A DNA stretch of 64,000 nucleotides, taken from IMG/VR virus record IMGVR_UViG_3300010399_000032. One strand, 5' to 3'. A program made the position numbers and the translations under genes. The notes beneath the pieces are model-generated. The model saw only the letters and a program-made list of their open reading frames with translations. It did not search any database and was not told the DNA's origin. This document shows positions 20,150 to 30,818 of this stretch, one piece after another. The stretch is from a virus. Every line of letters begins with the position of its first letter. Position 1 is the stretch's first letter.

Positions 20150-20661
20150 TTTGTAAACTCGTCGGGTAAATGAATGTTTTTAATTGCAAGTGCATCCTTA
20201 AAGAAAGGTGCAATCTGGTGATATTTATAGCCGGCAAGACCACATCCTATTGGAGTTACAACGAAATTTAACTCGGGATGTTCCTTTGCAAACATTAGGA
20301 ATACATTAACATGTTTTTCGATTTCTGTCAATGGTAGGGTCTTGATATTTTCATCTTTTGTAGGAATAGCATAGGATGTGCCCTGGAGACCTTCACCCTG
20401 CCCATAGATTGCACCATGTTTCTCACGGGCATACTTTGCAGCACCAGCACCATGCCGACCCGCTAGATTTGATCCAAATACGAAAATGTTTTGGTCCATT
20501 ATCCTTTCCCATGTTTCTTCCTCCAATTCACCCCTGATCGAATCGATATTATTCATTATATCCAGGAATTGATCAAAGGACCGGAGCCCATCAATGAGTT
20601 CTAGTTTCTTATTCACATTATTTAAATCAGCACCGAGGCTTTTAGTGAAATTTGATATCAT
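20146..20661 (-). CDS. Macro-domain-like phage protein (A1S_2505 family)
   Basis: IFVFGSNLAGRHGAGAA...SYAIPT...VTPIGCGLAG. Confidence 0.75.
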   Translation of the reverse strand: MISNFTKSLGADLNNVNKKLELIDGLRSFDQFLDIMNNIDSIRGELEEETWERIMDQNIFVFGSNLAGRHGAGAAKYAREKHGAIYGQGEGLQGTSYAIPTKDENIKTLPLTEIEKHVNVFLMFAKEHPELNFVVTPIGCGLAGYKYHQIAPFFKDALAIKNIHLPDEFTK

Positions 20662-21258
20662 AAGGCAACAACATATCTTCCAATGGAATTACTACCTTTT
20701 CATAAAAATCATCACCGATGCTACCAACATAATAACGATCTTCAAGTAAAGCCTCATCTGATGGAGAAATATTCAACCAGAAATCATCTTTCTTTTTGGA
20801 TAATTCCTGGTAAAATCTTGAATTCAATTTGCGCATATTAGTCATTGAGTAAATTTCTATTGATGGAACCCAAGATTTCTTCTACATCTGTAACCTGTCT
20901 CTGAGACCAATATGCGTTCCTGGCTTCAAACATGATTTCTATCCCATATTTTCTTCTTATAACTGCCGAAACGATTTCTCGGTTAAGGTCTTTTATTCTT
21001 ATTGATGGTTTATAGACCATAATCTTACTCTCTCATCAAGACAGGTTGCAAGGTTTGGCGTAAGTTAATAATATTTTGTGATTTGTGAGACAAGGGCATG
21101 CCGGATAGGCGCCGCAACTATTGCTTCGGTCCGCGAAATTTCTGAGTAAAATTTTGGAAGTTGTTCAATTTTACTCAAATCTCCCCAGAATGAAACCTTA
21201 AAAGGCGATTTCAATTGGATATTCTTATAATTTAAATATCCACACAAATATATAGGTT

Positions 21259-22374
21259 TCACTTATCGATCCTCAGGATGATATTGTTGGCCGACAGGCG
21301 ACCCGTAAACTTGATATTCTGTGACTTGATATTATCAAAGACATGTCGGAGAGCAACCTTTCCACCATTGACCACTTCATTGGTAACGTCCTTGGCCTTA
21401 CGCCCTACGCGCTTAGATTCGCTAGTTTCTTCATCAAAGTTGATAATGGTCGATCCCTTGACGGTTAGCCCAGTCTCGCTGGCCGCAGCCAAATGGGTCA
21501 ATTTAGAATACCTGGTATCATAGATCCAGACACCCTGTTTCCCGATCATATCCTTGGGTTCAATTCCCTTCAAACCAAGATCGGGATATTCCATAGCAAT
21601 CTTGACCTTGGCAACCTGCTTCTCAGGCGGGATCACCTTTTTCTTGCGAGGCTTACGGGGCTTCTTAACCTTAATGACAACCTCCGGGGCTGCAAAGGGG
21701 TCCTTTCCGATAAGACTGTAGATATCCACGACCAAATTGGTCAAGTAAACCTTCATCTTACCTAATTGCTTTTCCGAAATATCATCATCCGGAGACCAGG
21801 TCATCAATTCATCCAGATCAGTCTTAAACCAGTCCCCAATCTTTTCGATTAGATATGCCGGTTGATCAGCAAGGAATTCCTTAACCTCAAACTTCCTGGA
21901 TAACGCTTCATAGGCCTCCTGGATCGTTTCCACGAGGGCCACGTTACGCTCATTAACTCTCGGTTCATCCTTATAGATGGTGACAGGGGCGTCTTTCTGT
22001 GAAGCCTGGAGGTGGTTAAGACCATCCTTAAGGGCTTGCTCGAAATTGACCATGGCATAGTCAGGAGGCGTTCCTCCAGTCAAAAGGATGCGGGCAATTC
22101 GACCCATTGAGGAAGGAAAATACTTGGTCCCATACTTTTTGACAAGAGCCGCTTCATCATCACGATTTTGTGATACCAGATATTGGGCGGCAAATTGAGT
22201 ACCGTCCTTATCATCGATATTATAGTTATACCAAGAGACAGCATCGGAGAACTCCTTATCTGTCATCTTACGGTCATAAATGGGTTCAGGTCCATAGAAC
22301 CCCAAGTTCATTGAGGTTAAGACCTTAATGCCGACCTTACCGGTCGACTTCTCTGCTGTTTTGGGCTTTCTCAT
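21259..22374 (-). CDS. Conserved T4-like hypothetical protein
   Basis: Long ORF; WYNY, basic KKPRKPRKKK linker, VKGSTI..FD. Confidence 0.65.
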   Translation of the reverse strand: MRKPKTAEKSTGKVGIKVLTSMNLGFYGPEPIYDRKMTDKEFSDAVSWYNYNIDDKDGTQFAAQYLVSQNRDDEAALVKKYGTKYFPSSMGRIARILLTGGTPPDYAMVNFEQALKDGLNHLQASQKDAPVTIYKDEPRVNERNVALVETIQEAYEALSRKFEVKEFLADQPAYLIEKIGDWFKTDLDELMTWSPDDDISEKQLGKMKVYLTNLVVDIYSLIGKDPFAAPEVVIKVKKPRKPRKKKVIPPEKQVAKVKIAMEYPDLGLKGIEPKDMIGKQGVWIYDTRYSKLTHLAAASETGLTVKGSTIINFDEETSESKRVGRKAKDVTNEVVNGGKVALRHVFDNIKSQNIKFTGRLSANNIILRIDK

Positions 22375-23180
22375 TCTTCTAAGGTAATCATCTTCCTAAG
22401 GAATTCAAGCCCTCCTGAGCAGATATTTTTTCCATGGCTAAATTTTTAGCCCTAAGTACAGGTTCAAATAAACGCCATCGATACATATGATATTTTACAG
22501 GAAGATTAGACCACAACTCCTCAAATTCTTTCTGGGGATAGTCAGTTCTAAATACATCTGAAAGATTTTTCATTATAGTTCCCACATAATATAGTATTGA
22601 GGGCTCCTTTAATTCTACTAATTGGTTGAATTTGATTTATCCGATATATTTTAAATTGATCAGATGTGGCGTTTATCCATGTAAAAGCAAGATATTTTAA
22701 CATCTTTTCAGTGAATAATGAAGATTCTGTATAAAAAACATTGCTTATTCGGTGTTTATGTTTGGTCATTATTCAAAAACCAAATTTTTCTTCGAAAATC
22801 ATCCTTCCGGCGATTATCTTCAATATATTCGCAACCCCAAATAAGCAATTGGTGTATATCTGGCCATAATATTTTTTCTCGGATATACTTTCTCATTGGA
22901 GCCAATTGACTATCATATTGCATCTTATGTTGATTGATAGTACTTATAATAAGAGTCCTATAAGCAATCGGTTTCATATGGAAGACCTCATAATATTTTC
23001 AGTAATAGTATCCCGGATATTTGCCGCTTCTTCCAATCGGTCTCTGACAGACCATTACCCTCGGTTTATAGTTCTATTATACAAATCACTTAATGTAACG
23101 CCAGGTGAATCAGAATTCACCTGGCTGAAAGTTAATGCTTTATTGAAATGATTTCTAAGATCAAGTTTAAACATGATAAA

Positions 23181-23257
23181 TGGTGATCCTGGCCGGACTC
23201 GAACCGACAACCCTTTCCTTAGGACGGAATAGCTCTTTCCAGTTGAGCTACAGGACC
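23181..23257 (-). tRNA. tRNA-Arg(CCT)
   Basis: Cloverleaf, loop GT-CCT-AA, CCA. Confidence 0.88.
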
Positions 23258-23497
23258 TTATTTGGAGTTTGACGTATTGGCAACCACCGGAGGAGTAACG
23301 GTAATGGTTGGTTTATTTCCAAACCATTCCCACCAAACCTTATCTACCACAAGACCTGCGGCAAAGATGAGTGCAACCCACCATAGGTTGATGATATATA
23401 AGAAAATGATAATGAGGGTGGTTAGCACCCAAACACCAGTCTTAATCTGGTCGTTTTGGGCATCAAACCACTTGTTAATGGTAACTAAAAAATTCAT
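23258..23497 (-). CDS. Small membrane protein
   Basis: Two hydrophobic helices. Confidence 0.55.
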   Translation of the reverse strand: MNFLVTINKWFDAQNDQIKTGVWVLTTLIIIFLYIINLWWVALIFAAGLVVDKVWWEWFGNKPTITVTPPVVANTSNSK

Positions 23498-23514
23498 GGG
23501 TGATCCTTTATGAT

Positions 23515-23589
23515 TGGTGCCGCCACTCGGAGTCGAACCGAGGTCGCTGGAGTACGAAACCAGGGCTCTCCCTGTTAAGCTATAGCGGC
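23515..23589 (-). tRNA. tRNA-Thr(CGT)
   Basis: Cloverleaf, GCCG acceptor, CCA. Confidence 0.88.
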
Positions 23590-23593
23590 GAAT

Positions 23594-23668
23594 TGGTGCC
23601 CCAGCGAGTAATCGAAACCCGTTCCCTGGACTACAAAACCAGACATCATCCTTAAATGTTTCTGGGGC
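23594..23668 (-). tRNA. tRNA-Thr(TGT), divergent D/T arms
   Basis: Acceptor GCCCCAG/CTGGGGC, loop TT-TGT-AG, CCA. Confidence 0.75.
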
Positions 23669-24173
23669 ATGGTTATCTATTTATCAACTCTATAAAAACA
23701 ATATCAATAGCATCACCAAAAATATCATGGTGAGTGAATGCACTAGATTATTTCCTTAAAACGAGCGAGGAGGGTATTGCGTATAATCAGAGTTTTGGTT
23801 GTTACCTCAATTTTCCGAGCATTTAGACGCTGGATTTCCTTTTCAGGCATCGTATAAGACCTAATAGAGTCACTAATTTGGGCCCAATTTTTATCAAGGA
23901 TAACAGAAATTCTCATGACTTGGCAACAAATATTTATGAGGTGGAAACACTTGACCGTATTAATAAATTTAAACCCAAACGGAATTTATTTTTTTCCTCG
24001 CACAATTTCAGCCACTTCCTCGGCCACTTTAAGCTTGATATCGGAAAACATCGTATTGACCAGGTCGGCGTCTCTCCGGATCATCTGGATGTACGTATCA
24101 ACTTTAAAATGAACCGCTGTTGAAATTGCAGATAGGTCAATTCCTAATTCACGTTCATTAATAAATCTTTGTC

Positions 24174-24695
24174 TCATGGAATTAGCTCCGAAATTTCCTT
24201 GGGAGTATAATCTTGAACCTCTACACAACAATTGATATGGAATGGGGTAGGAGAAGCCTTCTCATGGATATGCCCATGTAGATTATACTTCACCTTTGAG
24301 GTACCATTCTCAAATGCGGTAGGATCAATAGGTACATGCGTCAGAACGACACCTGGCAGTTCCGGTAAATCCGTGAACATCCTCCACATTCCAATTTTTT
24401 GGAAACGGGTGAGGAGTCTAGGATCCTTTCCATCATCATGGTTACCTAAGAGAAGCCTGAGGCGACCTTTTAGGCGAGGCAGAACCTTCCACCCATCCCC
24501 AAAATACACATCACCCAGATGATAGACAATATCACCATCATTAACTACTCGGTTCCAATTTTCGACCATTCTCTCGTTCATTTCTTCCACATCCTGGAAG
24601 TTACGAAAAATTGATCCATCCTTATCTCGGAAGGTCAGGATATTCTTATGCCCAAAATGGGTATCAGATACGATAAAAATGTTTCTCTTTGTCAC
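24174..24695 (-). CDS. Calcineurin-like metallophosphoesterase
   Basis: SDTHFGH, LGD, GNHD, HGHIH. Confidence 0.92.
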   Translation of the reverse strand: MTKRNIFIVSDTHFGHKNILTFRDKDGSIFRNFQDVEEMNERMVENWNRVVNDGDIVYHLGDVYFGDGWKVLPRLKGRLRLLLGNHDDGKDPRLLTRFQKIGMWRMFTDLPELPGVVLTHVPIDPTAFENGTSKVKYNLHGHIHEKASPTPFHINCCVEVQDYTPKEISELIP

Positions 24696-25043
24696 TTAAT
24701 AATCCTTTGGCGATCTTGGCAAGTATTGGTAGATGGTATTGGAGGGGAATTTTATCCCTTAGATCGGTATATATTTTTACCCAAACCAAATTATCATTTG
24801 CATAAAAAATATTTGTATGTTCCTTTTTACGGTGGAAAAAGAACAGTTTTTCCCGAACATCGTTAAGCATAAATATGACCTTGCTTTGAAAAGAGGTCTT
24901 CATGGATCTTATTATAAATTGGATCCAATATTTGGATCGGCAAAATTCCTAGAATGGATGCTTGAGGATGGGTGGTGAATTTGATGCGGCGCCGCGATCC
25001 TAATAGCGTATCATCAAAAGTATAATACCATGCAGAAAATTTA

Positions 25044-25505
25044 CTAAATTCCAAGTTCTTCAATTTTGGTCTCCGGATAATAGAGGTTATAAACCTTGAT
25101 ACCATAATTTTGGGCGATTCGAATTGCCTGCCCGGTACCACCTGATGGACCACCATCTTTAGTCCAACAAACAATAAACTTAACGGGGCTAACGAGATTT
25201 GGACCTAAGACTTGGAACCCATTACGAGCAATCAAGAGTTTACCGGCCGGTTTCAGTGCATTCCAATTAGGATGAAACTTCTTAGCCAAATCGATAGCTT
25301 CGTCCGTTACATCCTTGGGGCGCCAGATACGATTGCGACCATGGGAGCCAGCTTCAAAAGCCTGGTCCGCCCCTTGGGCACCACCTGAATAGAGTGTATA
25401 ATTGAGCAACCATAGTTGATGAGCAATTTGGCTCATTTTCTTACAAATGGATTCAGGAGTTTCCCGAGAACCAATACCTGCATAAATCAAGGAATTATCA
25501 TTCAT
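25044..25505 (-). CDS. SLOG/DprA-like Rossmann-fold protein
   Basis: YAGIGSRETP, SGGAQGAD, GGTGQAIRIA. Confidence 0.75.
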   Translation of the reverse strand: MNDNSLIYAGIGSRETPESICKKMSQIAHQLWLLNYTLYSGGAQGADQAFEAGSHGRNRIWRPKDVTDEAIDLAKKFHPNWNALKPAGKLLIARNGFQVLGPNLVSPVKFIVCWTKDGGPSGGTGQAIRIAQNYGIKVYNLYYPETKIEELGI

Positions 25506-26650
25506 CTGATTGTACCTTTATTGCGGTAGAAATTCTATTGGCAGAATCAAAGGCTCTCGATGGAATGCAATCTAGGAAATTTTTTTCCAATATATCAAGA
25601 TTTTTCGCTCGGATATAATTCCATGCCCGTGGGAACCAATACCCAAAACCTTTTTGAAACCCCATAACTTCAAATAACGATTTCTCGGGATAGTTGTTTC
25701 CTAACCTAGGCATTAAATTTAGCATCCTTCATCTTCATCATTGATATACTGTCGGCATTATTATAATCTGTAATATATTTTGCCACGATCCTATTAAAGA
25801 TCAAATGCATGATAGTTTCGGACCGCCAATATCTCCAAATTTCACCATCAATTTTGTCCGAAATTTGATTGGTCAATTTAATATTGTCCCAAAATTCCGG
25901 AGTGGTTAATGGAGATTGCCGACCCGGAAATCCGGATAATGTATAGAGAGTGATGGGTGTCATTATCATTTAATTCCGTGAATCAATTTTATTGCGGATG
26001 AATTCATTCACTATCCGTATTCGAATAAGTTCGGGAATTTCCCATAGGAAAACCCATACTGCTTCCACATTTCTATTATTACGTTGATATGACCAGTTGT
26101 TAGGCTTCGAAGCCGTAAACGAAAAATGGTTGCGATGGAGTTCGGGCATATGGTCAAATAATCTTACGGTTTTCATTTATGTTCTACGTATATTTTTGGC
26201 CAATATCTAAAAAGAGTTGCAGCGCAGGATATCTCGAATTACTAAAACCCATATGCGCCTTCTCCCAGATCATATGATCAAATTTCCAAAAGATGGAGCC
26301 TGGGCCCGAATCAACTCGATCATGTGGTAAATATGGATGGTACCCTGCTAGTGGTCCATGTTTACTTCTGCTATGTTCGTCTGAAAGTGCCGGAAACCCC
26401 AATTCATTGTAAAGGTTCATCAGATTTCAATCTCACCGATAACATAAGATTTCATTTTTAGGCTTTTTATATGGGTTTCCGCTTCATTCAATGTACCATA
26501 TACATCAACCATTCCCCACCAGGACCACAAAAGGAAATGTTTAAGCCGTTGTACTTCATATACCATCGTACCGTTTAACAGGACAGATGGTCGGGCCCAA
26601 ATTCTATATTTTGTCATGATTATTTCCTTAGCGTTAGTCCTAGGATATCA

Positions 26651-26685
26651 AAAAACCGGGAGAACACAAGCCCTCCCGGTTTCTT
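26651..26685 (-). terminator. Rho-independent terminator after the DUF2828 gene
   Basis: AAACCGGGAG/CTCCCGGTTT hairpin with flanking A/T runs. Confidence 0.65.
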
Positions 26686-26707
26686 TCTTAGGTTGCTGAC
26701 GCCTACC

Positions 26708-28117
26708 TTAGAAATCATATCTCGGATTCATGATCGTATTGAGCATAATTTTCTCAGGCGTAAAATCTTCAAAGTCTGCCTTGAGTACGGCCTTTACGAT
26801 ACTTGGAGAGAATCCTGAAACCAGAGCCGTTCCAGATTCATCAAACTTCACAGGAACGTTATCATAGGCATTGAGGTTCCAGAATACAACGCGGGGCATT
26901 GTATATCCAGCTTTCTCATATCTACGTGCAATCATTTCCAATGCGTTATCATCATGGGTTACATAGTTAAACTGCATATCGGAAAGGATTAACAGCATTC
27001 CTGGCATTTCTTCCTGAGGAACCTTACCATTAAGGGCGGTATCCAAAATCTTCCGCATTGCTGCATTGAGATTGGTTGACATTCCCCAGGTAGAATCATT
27101 CATTTGCTTAACCTTCTGGATGATATTTCCCTTGAGGTGGAGCAATTCAGGATCAGACGAAAAAGTCAGGAAGGTATCCTTAAACTTTCCCTTGTTCTTA
27201 TCCGCAAGGTAGAGACCGAGGGAAATAGAAACGTCAAGGCAAGTCAACTGAGACTTTGACTCATGACCACCAGCAGAACAGGTCATTGACCCCGACACAT
27301 CCACGAGTGGTAGGATGTTTGCATCCCCAACATAGTTAGGAAGTGCATCCCACTGAGCCTGGATATGGTCCAACTCTGAGGTGTTATAACCGTTGTTAGA
27401 TGAACCAATTACACCCTTGAGTACATCATATGGATATACTGCACCAGCATTAACCTTAACGGTAGGATCACCCTTCTTAAGGGCTTCCACATACTCCGTA
27501 AACTTTGGAGTATGACGGTTAAATGCCTTTTTATAACGGGCAGAAGCCACAGATGGAACATGGCTGAAATTGATGTTATCCCAGTCACCTGAGCACATCT
27601 GGGTTTCAACTACCTTAGTCAACTCGACAAGGCGCTTACGGTAAAACTTTGGAGTCCAACCGAAATATTCACGAAGTTCACGAGCCACCTGGCCCTGGCG
27701 AGGCATCCACTTTGCGGCCAATCCATTACCATTTTCAAGGGCCTCCTTGATCAAGTCAAAGGCTGCATGTCGTGCTTCCTCATTCTGGATTTCCAAAAGG
27801 TCATCCCAACGACCAAGTTCCGGAACCTTTGGAATAATTCTAAAAAGTTCCTCAGTCGTCAACAGATTAAGAGTATTACGGAAAAGCTGGCGTTCGCCGG
27901 CACCTTCACGGGCATCACGAGCCCACAAAGCGGTGCGGATTGCATATTCAGGATTTGCCACATATGCTGCGGTAAAAGGACCAGTAATATCCTTACCACG
28001 CGAAGCACCGATCTTGAAAAAAAGATCAACATTGGCATTCGCCGTACCTTGACGAGCCTTCATCCCATTTAAGGTACGGGCTTCCTGGTTAATTACTGAA
28101 TTTGCAAAAGTGTTCAT
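26708..28117 (-). CDS. DUF2828 family Ro60/TROVE-like helical + vWA protein
   Basis: ARDAREGAGER, GRWDDLL, AAKWMPR, MIDAS DVSGSM, SDMQF, VFWNL, VSGFSP; GGAG RBS before ATG at 28117. Confidence 0.85.
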   Translation of the reverse strand: MNTFANSVINQEARTLNGMKARQGTANANVDLFFKIGASRGKDITGPFTAAYVANPEYAIRTALWARDAREGAGERQLFRNTLNLLTTEELFRIIPKVPELGRWDDLLEIQNEEARHAAFDLIKEALENGNGLAAKWMPRQGQVARELREYFGWTPKFYRKRLVELTKVVETQMCSGDWDNINFSHVPSVASARYKKAFNRHTPKFTEYVEALKKGDPTVKVNAGAVYPYDVLKGVIGSSNNGYNTSELDHIQAQWDALPNYVGDANILPLVDVSGSMTCSAGGHESKSQLTCLDVSISLGLYLADKNKGKFKDTFLTFSSDPELLHLKGNIIQKVKQMNDSTWGMSTNLNAAMRKILDTALNGKVPQEEMPGMLLILSDMQFNYVTHDDNALEMIARRYEKAGYTMPRVVFWNLNAYDNVPVKFDESGTALVSGFSPSIVKAVLKADFEDFTPEKIMLNTIMNPRYDF

Positions 28118-28133
28118 TTCATTCTCCATTTCA

Positions 28134-28191
28134 ACAGATTCATCTTGGTTGTATTCGCAGTACAATTTTTTGAGTTGCGGAACTGAATCTA
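28134..28191 (-). ncRNA. Y-RNA-like unit 1
   Basis: TAGATTCA-GTT-CCGCA...TGAATCTG closing helix. Confidence 0.65.
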
Positions 28192-28195
28192 AAAT

Positions 28196-28420
28196 TCAAT
28201 TGGTTGGCGGTTTAACCTCTCGCCAATGAGTAGCCCAAACCCTCACCGGAATTCGGCCGATAGTAAAAAATCTATTTTCGGAGCCCGAAAATAGGTTCCA
28301 ACGGGAACCTGTAACTATTTTCGGGCTCCATATAAATGTTCGGTCACTTGGATCGTAATTGCCCCATACTTCAATTATCTTATTGACAGGAGCGGAATCA
28401 ATAGATTTCCATTCATTCAT
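28196..28420 (-). CDS. Hypothetical protein (DUF551-like)
   Basis: WKSIDSAP...ATHWR. Confidence 0.6.
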   Translation of the reverse strand: MNEWKSIDSAPVNKIIEVWGNYDPSDRTFIWSPKIVTGSRWNLFSGSENRFFTIGRIPVRVWATHWREVKPPTN

Positions 28421-28486
28421 CAGGCTCAGCCTTACTTGACACGTATTTTGGAACGTATGTAATAATTTTTTGCGGAAGTGAACCTA
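28421..28486 (-). ncRNA. Y-RNA-like unit 2
   Basis: TAGGTTCA-CTT-CCGCA...TGAGCCTG. Confidence 0.65.
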
Positions 28487-28490
28487 AAAC

Positions 28491-28673
28491 TTATTTGATC
28501 CAACCTAGATCAATGAGCAAATTGACCACGGCCAATACAAAAACCACCCAGGCCAATACGACAATCAATGTTGGATGACTTCGCTTGACCCTAACATTAG
28601 GGTCAGAAATTGAGTCTTGGTAATCATCGATTGCTTTAGCGGCGGGAATGTTTCGATTGGTTTGCCAGATCAT
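28491..28673 (-). CDS. Small membrane protein
   Basis: C-terminal TM helix, GGAG RBS. Confidence 0.5.
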   Translation of the reverse strand: MIWQTNRNIPAAKAIDDYQDSISDPNVRVKRSHPTLIVVLAWVVFVLAVVNLLIDLGWIK

Positions 28674-28699
28674 TACTTATTCTCCATAATAAAATTCAC

Positions 28700-28786
28700 C
28701 AGACTGGTTGCCTACTTTTTTGGAGGGAAAATCGAAAACCCGTTGCTTATGATGCAAGTTTTTGCTTTATTGCTGTACCCAGTCTA
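28700..28786 (-). ncRNA. Y-RNA-like unit 3
   Basis: TAGACTGG-GTA-CAGCA...CCAGTCTG. Confidence 0.7.
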
Positions 28787-28793
28787 AAATTCA

Positions 28794-28910
28794 CAGGCTA
28801 AACATTGATATCGACGCTCTACCATTGAGCTATCCCCGCATGGTACGGGGAATGGGATTTGAACACCATAACCTTCGATTTGTCCATTACAATATGCTGT
28901 AGTTAGCCTA
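28794..28910 (-). ncRNA. Y-RNA-like unit 4, with permuted tRNA-like domain (YrlA-like)
   Basis: TAGGCTAA-CTA-CAGCA...T-arm (GTTCAAATCC), closed acceptor TCCCCGT-ACCAT-GCGGGGA, D-arm AGCTCAATGGTAGAGC...TTAGCCTG. Confidence 0.8.
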
Positions 28911-28917
28911 CAAACAA

Positions 28918-28970
28918 CAGGTTCGCCTTTGCTTCTGTTCAAGAGAATGTTTATTGCTGAACCGAACCTA
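28918..28970 (-). ncRNA. Y-RNA-like unit 5
   Basis: TAGGTTCG-GTT-CAGCA...CGAACCTG. Confidence 0.7.
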
Positions 28971-28984
28971 AAATTGAAATTCTA

Positions 28985-29137
28985 CAGGATGCTCGGGTTG
29001 TATTTGATATTTTCTGGCAGACCTGTTAACCCATCTGCCCTAGTATCTTTTTGGTTGATACACCATCTATCTTGGTGATAGCACCGTGCCTATCTCTAGG
29101 CTTCTCTGAAGATTAAATGTTTGCTGGAGTCATCCTA
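28985..29137 (-). ncRNA. Y-RNA-like unit 6 (long multi-hairpin insert)
   Basis: TAGGATGA-CTC-CAGCA...GCATCCTG. Confidence 0.65.
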
Positions 29138-29146
29138 AAACTAAAC

Positions 29147-29232
29147 TAGATGCATTGCTCACCACTGAGCGATTCTGGCGAAGCCGTCAGAATAGGAGTT
29201 GAACCTATCGATTTGTTTGCTGCACGCATCTA
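29147..29232 (-). ncRNA. Y-RNA-like unit 7, with permuted tRNA-like domain (YrlA-like)
   Basis: TAGATGC-GTG-CAGCA...ATAGG-TTCAACT-CCTAT T-arm, closed acceptor, D-arm GCTCAGTGGTGAGC...TGCATCTA. Confidence 0.78.
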
Positions 29233-29278
29233 AAAACTAACTTGGATATATTAACAGATAGGAAAGGAAAGGCAAGAA

Positions 29279-29678
29279 TTAATGGATGGAATTCCTAAGT
29301 TCTGCCTGGCGTGCTTCCGCTTCATCCTTTGATATAAAATAATCTTCGGTAGCCATTGCAACATCAAATCCATTATCAACCCAAAGTGAGAAACTATCAA
29401 GCATATCATTTGGGGCGAGTGGTGTAAGGAAGTATTCCTTCCATTCATCATCATTAAATTCAAAGTTAGGATCGATATCCCACATTGTGGTTTTGATATA
29501 ACTAACCTTAAGTGGGACAATATCATACTTGTTAACAATGCTACGATAAGGGATGACCTTTTTCCATTCCTCACCATCGATAATTCGAATTTCCGGCACG
29601 GTTTTATTGTACATACTAGACGTAACAACCCGCCAAAGAGTATCACCGGCCTTCACTTGATTAATTTTAAAGCTCATT
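29279..29678 (-). CDS. Hypothetical protein (start approximate, probably MSFKINQ)
   Basis: ORF in operon. Confidence 0.5.
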
Positions 29679-29863
29679 ATTTCGTCGCCTTCTAAACATT
29701 TCGGGTTGTAATTGAGTATAAAGGAGCCAATTCCGAGCCGGGAGTTGAATCCAAACATCGTTGAATTCGTCCACATGATTACCAAAATTATGTTTGGTAA
29801 ATATCTTTTCTCGTATGGGAATATATACCTGAGTTAGTACGGTTCTACTTACTCCACGCATGA

Positions 29864-30469
29864 TTATACTCGACCTTTATACCATCCATCCGGTATGGAG
29901 TCAAGCTTTTTAATTTTTCTATTGGTGGTACCATCTGTTATCCACATGGTACCGAATTGGGAATTTAAAAAACCATCTTGTTTGTTTTTCATACCATGAG
30001 AAATTTTTTGTTTGGATATTTCCGTATGTTTATGTTGCAACCAATATTTTTGACATTTTACATGTAAATCTTGTAAATGTTGTTTTCCTTGATCTGTAAA
30101 ATTATAAACATTGAATGAACTATTTTTACCTCCACCCAATTTTCCCCCTATTTTACCGGCCTTACTTCGGGATTCAAAGGTATGAATTTCGCGATTGAGA
30201 TATCCCCAGCCTCCTTTACCACCTTCACAAAGATTATAACTTTGTTCGGAAATTACTACCAGTTCCTTTTCCTTGGCATTCATTTCCGATTCATTATCGA
30301 AAACGTGTAGGATTTCCTTGGTGAAATTGGATCTACCATGCTTATCTATGGCCAATTTTATCAACTTACCCGATCCCATATAACCATCATTCAGGTCTTT
30401 GGTCTGGTGTTTACCGATATAGTACTTTCCGTTGAGGTTATTGGTTATTTTATAGATGGTATAGAACAT
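29864..30469 (-). mobile_element. GIY-YIG homing endonuclease (Seg-like), copy A
   Basis: IYKITN...YYIGKH, YMGSG, E..L...YNL; C-terminal WITDG...GWYKGR. Confidence 0.9.
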
Positions 30470-30473
30470 AAAG

Positions 30474-30527
30474 GAGGTCCAAGATTTCATAGGGCTTAAT
30501 ATGCCTATTTATATAATCTCGGACCTC
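30474..30527 (-). promoter_or_regulatory. Hairpin enclosing late promoter TATAAATA (30506-30513), upstream of the GIY-YIG gene
   Basis: 13-bp near-perfect inverted repeat with the promoter in the loop. Confidence 0.65.
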
Positions 30528-30531
30528 GATG

Positions 30532-30607
30532 TGATCCCGGAGGGACTCGAACCCCCATGCGTCCATTACTGTTTCAATACGTTCGAAGCGTAAGCAGATA
30601 CGGGACC
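30532..30607 (-). tRNA. Non-canonical tRNA-Arg(TCG) with relocated D-stem
   Basis: Acceptor GGTCCCG/CGGGATC, loop CT-TCG-AA, normal T-arm, no D hairpin. Confidence 0.7.
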
Positions 30608-30818
30608 AAATATGTGAATATTTAACCTAATATTTTCCCTAACATTAATCATAATACTATGCAATACAGGTGCGGATCCTAGGATCAATTGTTCACTAAA
30701 GCCCGGTGACACTCTGGAATCGAGTGAAATTAGTTTATTCCTTATTGCCCCATAGTTGAGGGCGCTGTAATAATGATAATCAATCATGAGAACTACTATA
30801 AAGGTTACCTAAGGAATG

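Noticed and set aside
26630-26710. Eighth Y-RNA-like unit downstream of DUF2828
   Set aside because: It contains CAGCAA, but the matching 3' closing strand is absent; the terminator hairpin explains the region better.
28134-29232. CRISPR array
   Set aside because: The units share structure and a short motif rather than identical direct repeats; spacing is irregular, and there are no cas genes in the window.
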